From contig CAYWRY010000002.1 of assembly GCA_964460485.1 (NCBI GenBank), forward strand, positions 4,243-68,242: DNA of 64,000 bases. The letters are read 5' to 3'. The position numbers and the translations under genes are program-made. Under the pieces are notes generated by a model that saw only the letters and a list, made by a program, of their open reading frames with translations, was not told where the DNA came from and searched no databases. The first letter of the stretch is position 1; each line of letters begins with the position of its first letter. This stretch comes from an uncultured Spirochaetales bacterium (GTDB lineage: Bacteria; Myxococcota_A; UBA9160; UBA6930). Shown here in pieces: positions 9,903 to 20,450 of this stretch.

Positions 9903-11440
9903 GCGGTGCCGGCCGCGTCGTGCTGGTTGGCGCGGGGCCCGGCGCGCCGGACCTCCTCACGCTGCGCGGCGAGCGCGCGCTGCGCGAGGCCGATGCCGTC
10001 GTGTACGACGCGCTCGCGGCAGAGTCGCTGCTCTCGCTCGCGCCGGAGCACGCGCTGCGCATCGACGTCGGACGCCGCGGCCACAGCGAGCCCGCGCGCC
10101 CCCAGGAGGAAGTGAGCGCGCTGCTCGTGAGGCTCGCGCGCGAGGGCAAGCGAGTCGTGCGCCTCAAGGGCGGCGACCCCTACGTGTTCGGCCGCGGCGG
10201 CGAGGAGGCCGCGGCGTGCTGCGCGGCGGGCGTCGCCTGCGAGGTCGTGCCGGGCGTCAGCTCGGCGATCGGCGCGCTCGCCTACGCGGGCATTCCCGTG
10301 ACCGATCGCCGCTACGCCGCGTCGTTCGCCGTCGTCACCGGCCACAAGGATCCCGGCCAGGTGCGCGAGAACGTGCGCTGGGCGGAGCTGGCCCGCGCCG
10401 CCGACACGCTCGTGGTGCTGATGGCGATGCGAAACCTCGAGCAGATCCTCGGCGAGATCCTCGCCGGCGGACGCGCGCCGGAGACTCCCGCGGCCTGCGT
10501 GATGAGCGGGACCAGCGGCGCGCAGCGCAGCGTGGTCGCCACGCTCGGCACGCTCGCGGCGCGCGTGCGCGAGGCGGGCCTCGGCGCGCCGGCCGCCGTC
10601 GTGATCGGCGACGTGGTGCGCCTCGCGCCCGAGCTCGCCTGGTGGGAGCGCCTGCCGCTGTTCGGGAAGCGCGTGCTCGTGACGCGTCAAGCGAGCCAGG
10701 CGGGCGAATGGCAACGCGCGCTCGAATCGGCGGGCGCGGTGCCCGTGCTGGTGCCGGCGATCCGCATCGCGCCGTTGCGCGACTCGGCGTCGCTGTCTGC
10801 GGCGTTTGCCGCGCTGGGCGACTACGACTGGCTGGTCGCCGCCAGCGCGAACGCTCTGCGCGAGCTGGGTGCCGCGGCGCGCGAACGCGCCACGACGCTG
10901 GCCGCGCTGCGGGCGCGCGTCGCGTGCGTGGGCGAGGCGAGCGCCGAGGCGGCGCGCGCACTCGGCCTCGCGCCCGAGTCCGGAAGCGGCGGCGACGCAC
11001 AGCGGCTGCTCGCCTGGCTGCTCGCGCAGGGCGAGTGGCGCGGGCGCCGCGTGCTCTTGCCCCGCGCCGAGGGGGCCGGCGACACGCTGCCCGCAGGCCT
11101 GCGCGCCGCGGGCGCGCGCGTCGACGAGCTCGCGCTCTACCGAACCGAGGCCGCCCCCTTCGACTGCGCCGCTCTGCTGGCAGACCTGCGCGGCGGCCGG
11201 CTCGACGTGCTGGCCTTTGCGAGCCCCTCGGCGGCGCGCCACTTTGCCGCGGGCATGGGCGGAGAGGGCGTCGCCGCTGCGCGCAGCGCGGCGATCGCGG
11301 CGATCGGGCCCGTCACGGCCGAGGCGCTGCGCGCCGTGAATCTCGCACCTGATCTCGTGGCGGAGACGCCGAGCGCCGATGGACTCGTGGCCGCGCTGGA
11401 GCGGCACTTCTCGCGTCGACGGCAGGAGGAATCGCGATGA
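9899..11440 (+). CDS. Fused uroporphyrinogen-III C-methyltransferase / uroporphyrinogen-III synthase
   Basis: The N-terminal ~250 aa carry SUMT motifs ([41 protein letters not shown]). The C-terminal ~260 aa are HemD-like (GKRVLVTRQ..., two alpha/beta half-domains). GTG overlaps the hemC stop. Confidence 0.9.
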   Translation: MSGAGRVVLVGAGPGAPDLLTLRGERALREADAVVYDALAAESLLSLAPEHALRIDVGRRGHSEPARPQEEVSALLVRLAREGKRVVRLKGGDPYVFGRGGEEAAACCAAGVACEVVPGVSSAIGALAYAGIPVTDRRYAASFAVVTGHKDPGQVRENVRWAELARAADTLVVLMAMRNLEQILGEILAGGRAPETPAACVMSGTSGAQRSVVATLGTLAARVREAGLGAPAAVVIGDVVRLAPELAWWERLPLFGKRVLVTRQASQAGEWQRALESAGAVPVLVPAIRIAPLRDSASLSAAFAALGDYDWLVAASANALRELGAAARERATTLAALRARVACVGEASAEAARALGLAPESGSGGDAQRLLAWLLAQGEWRGRRVLLPRAEGAGDTLPAGLRAAGARVDELALYRTEAAPFDCAALLADLRGGRLDVLAFASPSAARHFAAGMGGEGVAAARSAAIAAIGPVTAEALRAVNLAPDLVAETPSADGLVAALERHFSRRRQEESR

Positions 11441-12411
11441 GCTTTCCGCGAACGCGCATGCGCAGGCTGCGCGGCAGCGAGACGCTGCGGCGCATGTTCC
11501 GCGAGACGAGGCTCTCGCGCGACGATCTGGTGCAGCCGCTCTTCGTCGTGGAAGGAAGCGGCGTGCGCGAGGCGATCGGTTCGATGCCCGGGCAGCACCG
11601 CTTCTCCGTCGACCAGCTCGTGCTCGAGTGCAAGGAGCTCGCGGACCTCGGAGTGCCCGCGGTGATCCTGTTCGGCGTGCCCGACGAGAAGGACGCGCGC
11701 GGATCCCAGGCCGACGCCGCGGACGGAGTCGCGCAGCGCGCGGTCGCCGCGGTCAAGGCGCAGGTGCCGGGCCTCGTGGTGATGACGGACGTCTGCCTGT
11801 GCGAGTACACCGACCACGGCCACTGCGGGATCGTGCAGGGCGAACGCGTGCTCAACGACCCCTCGGTGGCTCGTCTGGCCGAGACCGCGCTCTCCCACGC
11901 GCGCGCCGGCGCCGACGTCGTCGCGCCCTCGGACATGATGGACGGCCGCGTCGCCGCCATCCGCACGCGCCTCGACGAGAGCGGCTTCGAGGAGGTCGCG
12001 ATCCTCGCCTACGCCGCCAAGTTCGCGAGCGCCTACTACGGACCGTTTCGCGAGGCCGCGGAGAGCACGCCGGCGTTCGGCGACCGGCGCGCCTATCAGA
12101 TGGATCCGTCGAACCGCCGCGAGGCGCTGCGCGAGATGCGCCTCGACCTGGAAGAGGGCGCCGACGCGCTGATGGTGAAGCCGGCGACGCCCTACCTCGA
12201 CGTGCTCGCCGACGCGCGCCGCGAGCTCGACGTGCCGCTCGCCGCGTATCACGTGAGCGGCGAGTACGCGATGATCCATGCGGCGGCGCAGCGCGGCTGG
12301 ATCGACGGAGAGCGCGCGATGCACGAGGCGCTCGTCGGGATCAAGCGGGCGGGAGCGGACTTGATCCTGACGTACGCAGCCAAGGAGTGGGCGCGCAAGC
12401 TCGGGGGGTGA
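11437..12411 (+). CDS. hemB: Porphobilinogen synthase (ALA dehydratase), Zn-type
   Basis: Cys-rich Zn site [14 protein letters not shown], plus the conserved PSDMMDGR and YQMD motifs. ATG overlaps the upstream stop (ATGA). Confidence 0.95.
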   Translation: MSFPRTRMRRLRGSETLRRMFRETRLSRDDLVQPLFVVEGSGVREAIGSMPGQHRFSVDQLVLECKELADLGVPAVILFGVPDEKDARGSQADAADGVAQRAVAAVKAQVPGLVVMTDVCLCEYTDHGHCGIVQGERVLNDPSVARLAETALSHARAGADVVAPSDMMDGRVAAIRTRLDESGFEEVAILAYAAKFASAYYGPFREAAESTPAFGDRRAYQMDPSNRREALREMRLDLEEGADALMVKPATPYLDVLADARRELDVPLAAYHVSGEYAMIHAAAQRGWIDGERAMHEALVGIKRAGADLILTYAAKEWARKLGG

Positions 12412-12520
12412 GGGAAGGCTCGTCGCGTGAGTCCGCAGCCGCAGCGCGCCCCCGGCCCCGCCGCGGCTGCTCGTGCCGGGTTCGCCCCCGCGCTCGTCGC
12501 GGGTGGGGAGGGCGCGGATC

Positions 12521-12541
12521 GGCGCGCCCTGCGGGCGCGCC
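12521..12541. terminator. GC hairpin downstream of hemB (GGCGCGCCC-TGC-GGGCGCGCC)
   Basis: Perfect 9-bp stem with a 3-nt loop, 110 nt after the hemB stop. There is no U-tail. Confidence 0.3.
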
Positions 12542-12639
12542 TCCCGCGCGCTTCGCGAGTTTCGCGGATGGGTGGATTGCGGCGGGTCGTGGCGTGGCGC
12601 GGCTCAGGCGGTGTGGTCGCTCAGACGAGAAGGTCGTTC

Positions 12640-12822
12640 ATGGCGAGCGCGTACAAGGTGGTGGAAACGAGCGACGTCACGGACGCTTCGCTCGAGAAGA
12701 TCCTGAACGAGTGGACGGCGCAGGGGTGGGGGTTCGAGTCGATCCACTTCGCGATGCGCGAGTCCTCGCGCCGGCCGTCGATGGCATTCGTGATGTTCGT
12801 GCGGGACGACGCCGCGGAGTAG
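12640..12822 (+). CDS. Small DUF4177-like protein
   Basis: The 60-aa product (YKVVE...LNEWTAQGWGFESI) resembles DUF4177. ATG at 12640 has GAAGG 6 nt upstream. The longer ORF 12427..12822 has a low-complexity N-terminus. Confidence 0.6.
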   Translation: MASAYKVVETSDVTDASLEKILNEWTAQGWGFESIHFAMRESSRRPSMAFVMFVRDDAAE

Positions 12823-12827
12823 CTCGC

Positions 12828-13811
12828 TCAGACGACCGCCGGCATCACCTCGCCCGCCAGCCGCTCGAGCGCGGCGTCGCGCTCGGCCTCGCTCGCGCCG
12901 GGCACTTCGGTGCGCGCGACGACGAGATCCATGCCGATGTGGGCGCGGTAGCGGGCGAGCTCGTCGCGCACGAAGGACGCGGTGCCCACGATCGCGCGCG
13001 CGGCGATCGGCTCGGCGGCGGCGCGCGCGAGCGCTGCGGGCGCGCGGCGCGCCGCGGCGAGCGCGTCGCCCTCGAGCGCGGCGAGCACGCGCGCGGCTTC
13101 GGCGTCGCTCGCGGCGGCATACGCGATGCGCATCACCGGAACGCGCGGCGTACCGGCAGGCGGCTCGCCTGCGCGCTGGGCCTCCCACAGCGCGTAGTTC
13201 TCCGCGAGCGCGTCGAGACTCTCCAGCGGCGACGCGAGATACGGCAGCGCGCGCCGCGCGGCCTGTTGCAAGCCCTTCTTGCCGAACGCGGCGACGACCA
13301 GCGGCGGGTGCGGGCGCTGCACGGGGGCGAGCGCGAGGCGCAGCGACTCGCCGGGCTTCGCGGCGAAGTGCGGGCCCGTGAGCGCGACCGGCTCGCCCGA
13401 CCAGGCGGCGAGCATCGCGTCGAGGGATTCGTCGAAGCGGTCGCGCTTCACGCTCGTCTCGACGCCGAACGCCGCGAACACGCTCGCGCGGAAACCGCGG
13501 CCGAGGCCGATCAGCGCGCGGCCGCCGGAGAGCGCGTCGAGCGTCGCGATCTCGGCGGCGAGCCGCAGCGGATGGTGGAGCGGCAAGAGCAGCGAGGTGG
13601 TCGCGAGGCGCAGGCGCCGCGTGCGCACCGCGAACGCCGCGAGCGCGCCGAGCGGCGCAGGCGTCGCGCCCGGGTCGAAGTGGTGCTCGGGCAGCCACAG
13701 CGAGTGGAGCCCGAGCGCGTCGGCGCGCGCAGCGAGCGCGAAGGCGCGCTGCCAGCCGGGCTGCGTGCTGGGCGCGGCGAGCGAGAGGCCGAGCCGCAGC
13801 GCTCCAGTCAC
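12828..13811 (-). CDS. LLM-class (luciferase-like) flavin-dependent oxidoreductase
   Basis: TIM-barrel LLM motifs (LWLPEHHF, SGGRALIGLGRG, RPHPPLVVAAFG). GTG at 13811 overlaps the stop of the upstream gene (GTGA). It is the C-terminal part of ORF 12828..14207. Confidence 0.85.
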   Translation of the reverse strand: MTGALRLGLSLAAPSTQPGWQRAFALAARADALGLHSLWLPEHHFDPGATPAPLGALAAFAVRTRRLRLATTSLLLPLHHPLRLAAEIATLDALSGGRALIGLGRGFRASVFAAFGVETSVKRDRFDESLDAMLAAWSGEPVALTGPHFAAKPGESLRLALAPVQRPHPPLVVAAFGKKGLQQAARRALPYLASPLESLDALAENYALWEAQRAGEPPAGTPRVPVMRIAYAAASDAEAARVLAALEGDALAAARRAPAALARAAAEPIAARAIVGTASFVRDELARYRAHIGMDLVVARTEVPGASEAERDAALERLAGEVMPAVV

Positions 13812-14188
13812 TCGCTCTCCGGCTTCTTCTTCTTGTTCTTCTCGTCCTCGACGAAACGGATGGTCGCGCTGACCTCGATCGTGCGGCCCTCGAGCAGCCG
13901 CTTCACCACCTCGACCGGATCCATCGCGGACAGCGCCTTGCCGAACTCGCGGGAGACGCGGTCGAGGAACTCGGCGCGCGTCTTCTCGCTCTGCGCGACG
14001 ACGAACTCGATCATCTCCCGCGGCGCCGTGTCTCCGAGGGCGCGGCGCAGGGCCTCCTCGGTCATGAAGAAGCCCGTGAGCCCGAGGCTCATCCCGCGGC
14101 GGAGCAGATCCGGCAGGAAGCCCGAACTCTCGTCGGAGCCGCCTTCCTTGCGTCCGGGGGCCCGCTTGCGCGGCTCGTCGCTCGCCAT
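13808..14188 (-). CDS. Hypothetical protein with Lys-rich acidic tail
   Basis: 126-aa ORF with coding-like composition, translationally coupled to the LLM gene. No family recognised. The C-terminus is EDEKNKKKKPESE. Confidence 0.55.
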   Translation of the reverse strand: MASDEPRKRAPGRKEGGSDESSGFLPDLLRRGMSLGLTGFFMTEEALRRALGDTAPREMIEFVVAQSEKTRAEFLDRVSREFGKALSAMDPVEVVKRLLEGRTIEVSATIRFVEDEKNKKKKPESE

Positions 14189-14299
14189 TGGGTTCCCAAC
14201 CTACCACGGGTGTGCGGGGCGCTGCGCGCAGGGGCTCCGTCGGGCGCGCGCCCCGAAAACGGCTTCCGGGGGGTCCCGCGTCCGTGATAGAACCGGGGC

Positions 14300-14713
14300 A
14301 TGGCGGACCGGGTTCAAGACATCATGGAGACGAAGCTCGTCACCATCTCTGTGAACGAGCGGCTCTCCACGGTCGACGACATCATGACGCTCGGCCGGGT
14401 GCGCCACATCCCGGTCGTGCAGGCGGGCCGCTTGGTCGGCGTGGTTTCCCACCGCGACCTGCTGCGGGCCTCGCTCTCCGCGCTCTCGCAGCATCGCGAC
14501 GCGGAGCGGCGCGCGTTCCTCAGTGTCGTGGAGATCGCGCGCGTGATGTCGACGCCGCCGATCGTCGTCGCGCCCGACGCCACGATCGAGCGGGCCGCGG
14601 CGATCATGGCGAGCAAGCGCATCGGCTGTCTGCCCGTGCTCGACCACGACGAGCTGGTCGGCATGGTCACGGAGACCGACATCCTGCGCTGGGTCGCTCG
14701 CGACGCGCGCTAG
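14300..14713 (+). CDS. CBS-pair domain protein
   Basis: Two CBS motifs: IMTLGRVRHIPVV..GRLVGVVSHRDLL and IMASKRIGCLPVL..ELVGMVTETDIL. Confidence 0.85.
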   Translation: MADRVQDIMETKLVTISVNERLSTVDDIMTLGRVRHIPVVQAGRLVGVVSHRDLLRASLSALSQHRDAERRAFLSVVEIARVMSTPPIVVAPDATIERAAAIMASKRIGCLPVLDHDELVGMVTETDILRWVARDAR

Positions 14714-14813
14714 CGATCCGCGGCCGCGCTCGCGACGCTTTCGTTTCCGTTGACTCTACCCGCGGGGCGCGCTTACAGTGGCCACCCGTTCGGTCGCGGG
14801 CCGCGGAGAGAAC

Positions 14814-15635
14814 ATGATCCAGTCGATCCTGATCGCGACGGACGGCTCCGAGGCCGCGCATGCGGCGGAGCGTTTCGGCGTCGCGCTCGGGGCGCGGCTT
14901 AAAGCGCGCGTGGCTGCCCTGTCGGTGATCGAGGAGTGCGTGGCGCTCGGCCTGCGCGCGGACGCCCTCGGCGTTCCGCCCGGGCCCGTGAGCGCCGCCG
15001 AGAGCTTCCTCAAGGCGCGCGCCGAAGCCGCGGTGAAGCGCGTCGCCGACGCTGCGCGCGCGAAGGACTGCGAGTGCACGGTCGAGGCGTCGCGCGGCAT
15101 CGCCGACGACCGCATCGTCGAGCGCTTGCAAGGCGCGCAGCTGGCGGTGCTCGGGCGCGACGGCGAGCACGCTCAGGCGCGCACCGTGCTGATCGGCTCG
15201 ACCGTGGACGGCGTGCTGCGCAAATCGGGCAAGAGCACGCTGGTCGTGCCGGTGGGCGCCGAGCTGGGCGGCCCGATCGTGCTCGCCTTCGACGGGTCGC
15301 CGGGGTCGCGCGTCGCAGCGCGCATCGCCGTCGACCTCGCCCAACGCTTCGGGCAGGGCATCCACGTATTCGTCGACTCGAAGGACAAGGGCCGCGCCGC
15401 GGCCCGCTTCGACGAGGTGCGCCGGCTGCTGGGCGGCGCGCAGGTGCCGGTGCGCGAGTCGAGCTCGACCCTCGGTCGACCGGACGTGAAGGTGGTCGAC
15501 CTCGCGCGCTCGGCGCGCGCAGGCCTGATCGTGATGGGCGCGTTCGGGCGCAACCGCATCAGCGAGTACTTCGTCGGCAGCAACGCTTCCGCCGTGGTGC
15601 GCACGTCGCCCGTCGCGGTGTTGCTGGCGCGATGA
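14814..15635 (+). CDS. Tandem universal stress protein (UspA family)
   Basis: Two Usp domains ([11 protein letters not shown]...; [11 protein letters not shown]...[26 protein letters not shown]). ATG at 14814 follows GGAGAG. GTG at 14778 is an alternative start. Confidence 0.85.
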   Translation: MIQSILIATDGSEAAHAAERFGVALGARLKARVAALSVIEECVALGLRADALGVPPGPVSAAESFLKARAEAAVKRVADAARAKDCECTVEASRGIADDRIVERLQGAQLAVLGRDGEHAQARTVLIGSTVDGVLRKSGKSTLVVPVGAELGGPIVLAFDGSPGSRVAARIAVDLAQRFGQGIHVFVDSKDKGRAAARFDEVRRLLGGAQVPVRESSSTLGRPDVKVVDLARSARAGLIVMGAFGRNRISEYFVGSNASAVVRTSPVAVLLAR

Positions 15636-15642
15636 AGCCGAC

Positions 15643-16677
15643 GTGGAGCTGACGCTCGCGGAGCTCGCGGCGCGGCTCGGAGGTCGCGAGGTCGAGGGCG
15701 ACGCCAGCGTGCGCCTGTGCGGCGTGGCAGCGCTCGCGGAGGGAGGCGCGCGCGACCTCGGCTTCGTGCGCAGTGCGGCGCTCGCGGCGGAGCTGGCGGG
15801 CTCGCGCGTCGGCGCGGTGATCGCGCCGCCCGGCGTCGACGCGCGGGGCAAGCCCGCATTGCGCTCGCCGGCGCCGAGCCTCGACTTCGCGCGCGCCGCG
15901 GCGCTGCTGACGCCGCGCCCCCGCCCCGAGCCGGGCGTCCACCCGCGCGCCTGCGTCGACGCGAGCGCGAGGGTCGACGCGAGCGCCTTCATCGGGCCGC
16001 TCGCGAGCGTCGGCCCGGGCGCGCGCGTCGGCGCGCGCACGCTCGTCCACGCGAGCGCAGTGCTCGGCGATCGCGCCGTGGTTGGCGACGACTGCGAGAT
16101 CCATCCCGGCGCGATCGTGGGCGCGGGCTGCGTGATCGGCAGCCGCGTGATCCTCCAGCCCGGCTGCGTGATCGGCGGCGACGGCTTCGGCTACGAGCTG
16201 GACGAGCGCGGCGCATTCGAGAAAGTCCCACAGCTCGGCAACGTGGTGCTCGAGGACGACGTCGAGGTGGGGGCGAACGCGACCATCGACCGCGCGCGCC
16301 TCGGCACGACGCGCATCGGACGCGGCACGAAGATCGACAACCTCGTGCAGGTGGGGCACAACGTGGAGATCGGCGCGCACTCGGCCCTGGTCGCGCAGAC
16401 CGGCATCGCCGGCAGCACGCGGCTCGGCGAGCGCGTCTTCTTCATGGCGCAGTCCGGCGCTGCGGGGCACCTCGAGATCGGCAGCGGCAGCTTCGTCGGC
16501 GCGCGCGGCGGCGTGATCGAGGACCTGCCGAGCGGCAGCCGGGTGTACGGCTTCCCTGCGCTCGCCGAGCGGGCGTGGCACCGCGCGAACGCCTGGTTCG
16601 CGCGCCTGCCGGAGCTCGCGCGCCGCGTGCGCGTCCTCGAAAAGCGCTCCGGCTCGCGCCGCGGCGACGGCGAGTGA
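15643..16677 (+). CDS. lpxD: UDP-3-O-acylglucosamine N-acyltransferase
   Basis: N-terminal LpxD domain followed by long left-handed beta-helix hexapeptide repeats. Has the GFGY and [10 protein letters not shown] motifs. Confidence 0.9.
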   Translation: MELTLAELAARLGGREVEGDASVRLCGVAALAEGGARDLGFVRSAALAAELAGSRVGAVIAPPGVDARGKPALRSPAPSLDFARAAALLTPRPRPEPGVHPRACVDASARVDASAFIGPLASVGPGARVGARTLVHASAVLGDRAVVGDDCEIHPGAIVGAGCVIGSRVILQPGCVIGGDGFGYELDERGAFEKVPQLGNVVLEDDVEVGANATIDRARLGTTRIGRGTKIDNLVQVGHNVEIGAHSALVAQTGIAGSTRLGERVFFMAQSGAAGHLEIGSGSFVGARGGVIEDLPSGSRVYGFPALAERAWHRANAWFARLPELARRVRVLEKRSGSRRGDGE

Positions 16678-17465
16678 GCGCGCCCGCGCCCGAGTCGCTC
16701 GCGGCGCTGCGCGCGCGCGCGGCAGCGCTCGACTCCGCCGCCGCGCTGCGCGGGCTCGCGTCGCGCCTCGCGCGCGACCAGCGCGCGGGCGCGCGTGCGC
16801 TGGCGGAGCGCTGCGCCGAGCGCGTGGCGGAGATCGCCGCCGAGCGCGCGCGCCTCGCGCGGCTGTTCGCGCGCCGCGCGCGCCTCGCGCGCAGCGGCGT
16901 GCAGCTGATCGCCGGCGTCGACGAGGTGGGCGTGGGTCCGCTCGCGGGCCCCGTGGTCGCCTGCGCCGTGGTGTTCGCCGAACGCCCGTGGCTGCCCGGT
17001 CTCGCCGACTCGAAACAGCTCACGCCCGCCCAGCGCGAGCGCCTCGACGCGGAGATCCGCGGGCAGGCGCGCGCGATCGGCGTCGCCGAGGTTTGGCCCG
17101 AGGAGATCGACCGCCTGAACGTCTATCGCGCCGGCCTCGAAGCGATGCGCCGCGCGGTTCTCGCGCTCGGCCTCGCGCCCGATCACCTGCTCGTGGACGC
17201 GCGCACCGTGCCCGGCCTCTCCGTCGCGCAGACGGCGATCGTGGGCGGCGACCGCCGCGACGGCTCGATCGCCGCCGCCTCGATCGTCGCGAAAGTGCAT
17301 CGCGACGCGCTGATGGATCGCCTCGACGCGGCGCATCCCGGCTACGGCTTCGCGCGCCACAAGGGCTATTGCACCGCCGCGCATCTCGCGGCGCTGCGCC
17401 GGCTCGGTCCTACGCCGCTGCACCGGCGCAGCTTCGCGCCGGTGGCGGAGGCGTGGCGCTCGTGA
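16674..17465 (+). CDS. rnhB: Ribonuclease HII (with N-terminal helical extension as in Bacillus RnhB)
   Basis: Motifs [23 protein letters not shown] and the C-terminal [11 protein letters not shown] overlaps the lpxD stop (GTGA). Confidence 0.9.
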   Translation: MSAPAPESLAALRARAAALDSAAALRGLASRLARDQRAGARALAERCAERVAEIAAERARLARLFARRARLARSGVQLIAGVDEVGVGPLAGPVVACAVVFAERPWLPGLADSKQLTPAQRERLDAEIRGQARAIGVAEVWPEEIDRLNVYRAGLEAMRRAVLALGLAPDHLLVDARTVPGLSVAQTAIVGGDRRDGSIAAASIVAKVHRDALMDRLDAAHPGYGFARHKGYCTAAHLAALRRLGPTPLHRRSFAPVAEAWRS

Positions 17466-17493
17466 GCACTTCCGCGCGCACCGGCGGCGGGCG

Positions 17494-18474
17494 ATGCGGC
17501 TAGCTGCCAGCCCCGACGACTTCGTCGTCGACGAGATCCCACTGTTCGCGCCGAGCGGCGAGGGGGCGCACACCTTCGTGCGCATCGAGAAGCGCGGCCG
17601 CACGACCGAGGAGGTCGCGCGCCTGCTGGCGCGCCTCGCGGGCGTGCCCCACGCCGAGGTCGGCTACGCCGGGCGCAAGGACAAGCAGGCGCGCACGACG
17701 CAGTGGTTCTCCGTGCCCGGGCTCGATCCCCAGGCGGCGCTCGCGTTCGAGGCCGAGGGCGTGCGCGCGCTGGAGGCGGCGCGGCACGCCCAGCGCCTGC
17801 GCACGGCGCAGCTTCGCGGCAACCGCTTCGCGCTGGTGGTGCGCGAGTTGGAGCCGCGGCAGGTGGCGGGCGCCGAAGCGGCGGCGGCGCGCGTGCGGAG
17901 CGTCGGGCTCCCCAACAAGTTCGGGGCGCAGCGCTTCGGCAGGGAGGGCGACAATGCCGAGCGCGCGCGCGCGCTGCTGGCCGGCGCGGACCCGGGTCGC
18001 GACCGCCGGGCCGCGCGCTTCCTGCTCTCGGCGCTCCAGGCGGAGGTCTTCAACGCGTTTCTGGCTGCGCGGCCGCTGCCGCTGGACGCGCTCGAGGTCG
18101 GCGAGGTCGCGACGATCCACGCATCGGGCGGATCGTTCGTCGTGGAGGATCTCGCGCGCGAGGCGCCCCGCGCCGCCGCGTTCGAAATCAGCGCCAGCGG
18201 CCCGCTGTTCGGCACGAAGCTGCTGGCTCCGCGCGGGGCGCCTGCCGAGCGCGAGGCCGCGGCGCTGCGCGCGGCGGGCATCCCCGAACGCATCGTGCCG
18301 CCACGAGGCATTCGGCTGCGCGGGGCGCGCCGGCCGGTGCGCGTGCCGGTGCCCGACCTCGCCGTCGAGTCGCTCGCGCACGACGCGCTGCGGCTGCGTT
18401 TCACGCTGCCGCCGGGCAGCTACGCGACGGTGCTGGCCGACGCCCTCTTTACGGGGGCCGAGGGCCGGGCGTAA
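17494..18474 (+). CDS. truD: tRNA pseudouridine(13) synthase TruD
   Basis: Motifs [17 protein letters not shown] (catalytic Asp region) and NKFGAQRFG. Confidence 0.85.
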   Translation: MRLAASPDDFVVDEIPLFAPSGEGAHTFVRIEKRGRTTEEVARLLARLAGVPHAEVGYAGRKDKQARTTQWFSVPGLDPQAALAFEAEGVRALEAARHAQRLRTAQLRGNRFALVVRELEPRQVAGAEAAAARVRSVGLPNKFGAQRFGREGDNAERARALLAGADPGRDRRAARFLLSALQAEVFNAFLAARPLPLDALEVGEVATIHASGGSFVVEDLAREAPRAAAFEISASGPLFGTKLLAPRGAPAEREAAALRAAGIPERIVPPRGIRLRGARRPVRVPVPDLAVESLAHDALRLRFTLPPGSYATVLADALFTGAEGRA

Positions 18475-18533
18475 GGTTTCGCCCTTCCCGCGCGTGTTCC
18501 CCGAGTGTGGTGCGCCCCGAGAGGAGTCCCGCG

Positions 18534-19487
18534 ATGCGCATTGCTGCCAACATCACCGAGTTGATCGGCCGCACGCCGCTCGTCCGCCTGAACAAGGTGA
18601 CTGCTGGCGTGCCCGCGCAGATCGTCGCCAAGCTCGAGAGCCAGAATCCCGCCGACAGCGTGAAAGACCGCATCGGCCTCGCGATGATCGAGGCGGCGGA
18701 GCGCGACGGGCTGATCGAGCCGGGCAAGACGACGATCATCGAGCCCACCAGCGGCAACACCGGCATCGCGCTCGCTTTCGTGTCCGCGGTCAAGGGCTAC
18801 GCCTGCGTGCTCACGATGCCGGAGAGCTTCAGCCTCGAGCGCCGCATCACGCTGCGCGCGTTCGGCGCAAAGCTCGTGCTCACGGATCCCGCCAAGGGCA
18901 TGCGCGGCGCGATCGACAAGGCGAACGAGATCGCCGCGCGCATCCCGAACAGCTTCATCCCCCAGCAGTTCATGAACCCGGCGAATCCGGAGGTCCACCG
19001 CCGCACGACGGCCGAAGAGATCTGGGCCGACACCGAAGGGACGGTGGACGCGCTGGTCGCCGGCGTCGGCACCGGCGGGACGATCACGGGCGTCGCGCAG
19101 GTAGTGAAGCCGCGACGGCCGGGCTTCCAGGCGATCGCCGTCGAGCCGACCGACAGCCCCGTCCTCTCGGGCGGAGCACCCGGTCGGCACAAGATTCAGG
19201 GCATCGGCCCGGGCTTCAAGCCAGACGTGCTCGACATGGCGTTCGTCGACCAGGTGATCCAGGTGACGAGCGACGAGTCCTTCGACATGGCACGCCGCCT
19301 CGCGCGCGAGGAGGGGATCTTCTGCGGCATCTCGTCGGGCGCCAACGTGTCCGCCGCGATTAGGTACGCGAAGCAGCCCGGAAACCAGGGCAAGCTGATC
19401 GTCGCGATCATCCCGAGCTTCGGCGAGCGCTACTTGAACACCGACCTGATGGCGCCTTACCGCTACGAGGGCAGCGACGAGGTCTGA
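18534..19487 (+). CDS. cysK: Cysteine synthase A (O-acetylserine sulfhydrylase)
   Basis: PLP-Lys motif [11 protein letters not shown], plus [12 protein letters not shown] and [12 protein letters not shown] at 18534 follows GAGGAG. Confidence 0.95.
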   Translation: MRIAANITELIGRTPLVRLNKVTAGVPAQIVAKLESQNPADSVKDRIGLAMIEAAERDGLIEPGKTTIIEPTSGNTGIALAFVSAVKGYACVLTMPESFSLERRITLRAFGAKLVLTDPAKGMRGAIDKANEIAARIPNSFIPQQFMNPANPEVHRRTTAEEIWADTEGTVDALVAGVGTGGTITGVAQVVKPRRPGFQAIAVEPTDSPVLSGGAPGRHKIQGIGPGFKPDVLDMAFVDQVIQVTSDESFDMARRLAREEGIFCGISSGANVSAAIRYAKQPGNQGKLIVAIIPSFGERYLNTDLMAPYRYEGSDEV

Positions 19488-19557
19488 GCCCGAGCGGAGC
19501 GCGCAGCAGCGCGGCGAAGTCGCGCCCTGCGCGGGCGGCGAGCGGAGTCGAACGACA
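19488..19557. repeat. Degenerate dispersed copy of the 45-bp intergenic repeat (opposite orientation)
   Basis: 19539-19554 (CGAGCGGAGTCGAACG) is an exact 16-nt match to the reverse complement of 5649-5664 and 5694-5709. The flanking AGCGCGCAGC and GCGAAG blocks are also shared. Confidence 0.5.
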
Positions 19558-20220
19558 GTGGCCGAGTCTCGAAATGGCGCAGCGAGCGACGGCATCGGCC
19601 CCACGGCGGATCGCAAGGCACAGCAGCGCCAGAAGATCCTCGACGCCGCGCGCCAGGTGTTCTTCCGCGACGGCTTCGTGGCGGCGAACCTCGACGAGGT
19701 CGCCGCGATCGCGGGCGTCGCGAAGGGCACGCTCTATCGCTACTTCGCGAACAAGGCCGACCTCTACGTCGCGCTGCTTTCCGACAACGGCGACAAGTTC
19801 GTCGCGAAGATGCGCGACGCCGCGAGCATGCCCGGCGGCGCAGGCGACCGGATCCGAGCCGTGGGGCGCTTTTATTACGGCCATTGGGCGCGGAACCGCG
19901 ATTACTTCCAGATCTTCTGGGCGCTCGACAACCAGGGGCTGATCGGCGTCCTGCCGCCCGCGCTCGTCGGCGAGGTGACGGCGCTCTGGGAGAGCTGCCT
20001 GCGCATCCTCGCCGACGTGATCGAGGACGGCGTGAAGGCGCGCGAGTTCGCGCCCTGCGACTCCTGGGAAGTCGCGAACCTGCTCTGGACCGTGGCGAAC
20101 GGTCTGATCCAGACCGAGCACGTGATGCCGCGCAAGGAGCTGCGCCACAAGCCGCTCGACGTGATGTTCGAGGATTCGCTCGAGCTCTTTTTGCGGGGGC
20201 TCTCGCGCGCGAAGGCGTGA
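19558..20220 (+). CDS. TetR/AcrR family transcriptional regulator
   Basis: N-terminal HTH: ILDAARQVFFRDGFVAANLDEVAAIAGVAKGTLYRYFANKADLY. Confidence 0.9.
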   Translation: MAESRNGAASDGIGPTADRKAQQRQKILDAARQVFFRDGFVAANLDEVAAIAGVAKGTLYRYFANKADLYVALLSDNGDKFVAKMRDAASMPGGAGDRIRAVGRFYYGHWARNRDYFQIFWALDNQGLIGVLPPALVGEVTALWESCLRILADVIEDGVKAREFAPCDSWEVANLLWTVANGLIQTEHVMPRKELRHKPLDVMFEDSLELFLRGLSRAKA

Positions 20221-20244
20221 GAGAAGACGCTTGTTCGGGAGTCC

Positions 20245-20414
20245 GCGCGCGGCGGCGGGCCGGGGGCTGCTGCGCCGACTGGCTCGCTCGGCCCGCCTCC
20301 AGGATCTGCTTGGCGGGCGCCTGGCCACGATGCGTCGTCGCTCGGGCGTGAATTCTCGCGGGGCCTCGCTGCGCTCGATGTCGGCTCCGCAGCCCCCGGC
20401 CCGCCGCCGCGCGC
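20245..20414. repeat. Long hairpin element A: perfect 26-bp inverted repeat around a 118-nt structured core
   Basis: 20245-20270 (GCGCGCGGCGGCGGGCCGGGGGCTGC) is the exact reverse complement of 20389-20414. A second stem pairs 20274-20279 with 20380-20385. It is homologous to 32052-32214 in the opposite orientation. Confidence 0.85.
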
Positions 20415-20450
20415 TCGCCGTTGTGCCGAGCGACTGCGGGGTGGGACGGC

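Noticed and set aside
12427-12639. Longer 131-aa version of the DUF4177 ORF
   Set aside because: The N-terminal 71 aa are low-complexity Ala/Arg/Gly. A good RBS (GAAGG) precedes the internal ATG at 12640, and DUF4177 proteins are small.
16674-16890. An unusual ~70-aa N-terminal extension on RNase HII as a novel domain
   Set aside because: A comparable helical N-terminal extension exists in Bacillus-type RnhB, and the GTGA coupling to lpxD supports the long form. It is not unusual.
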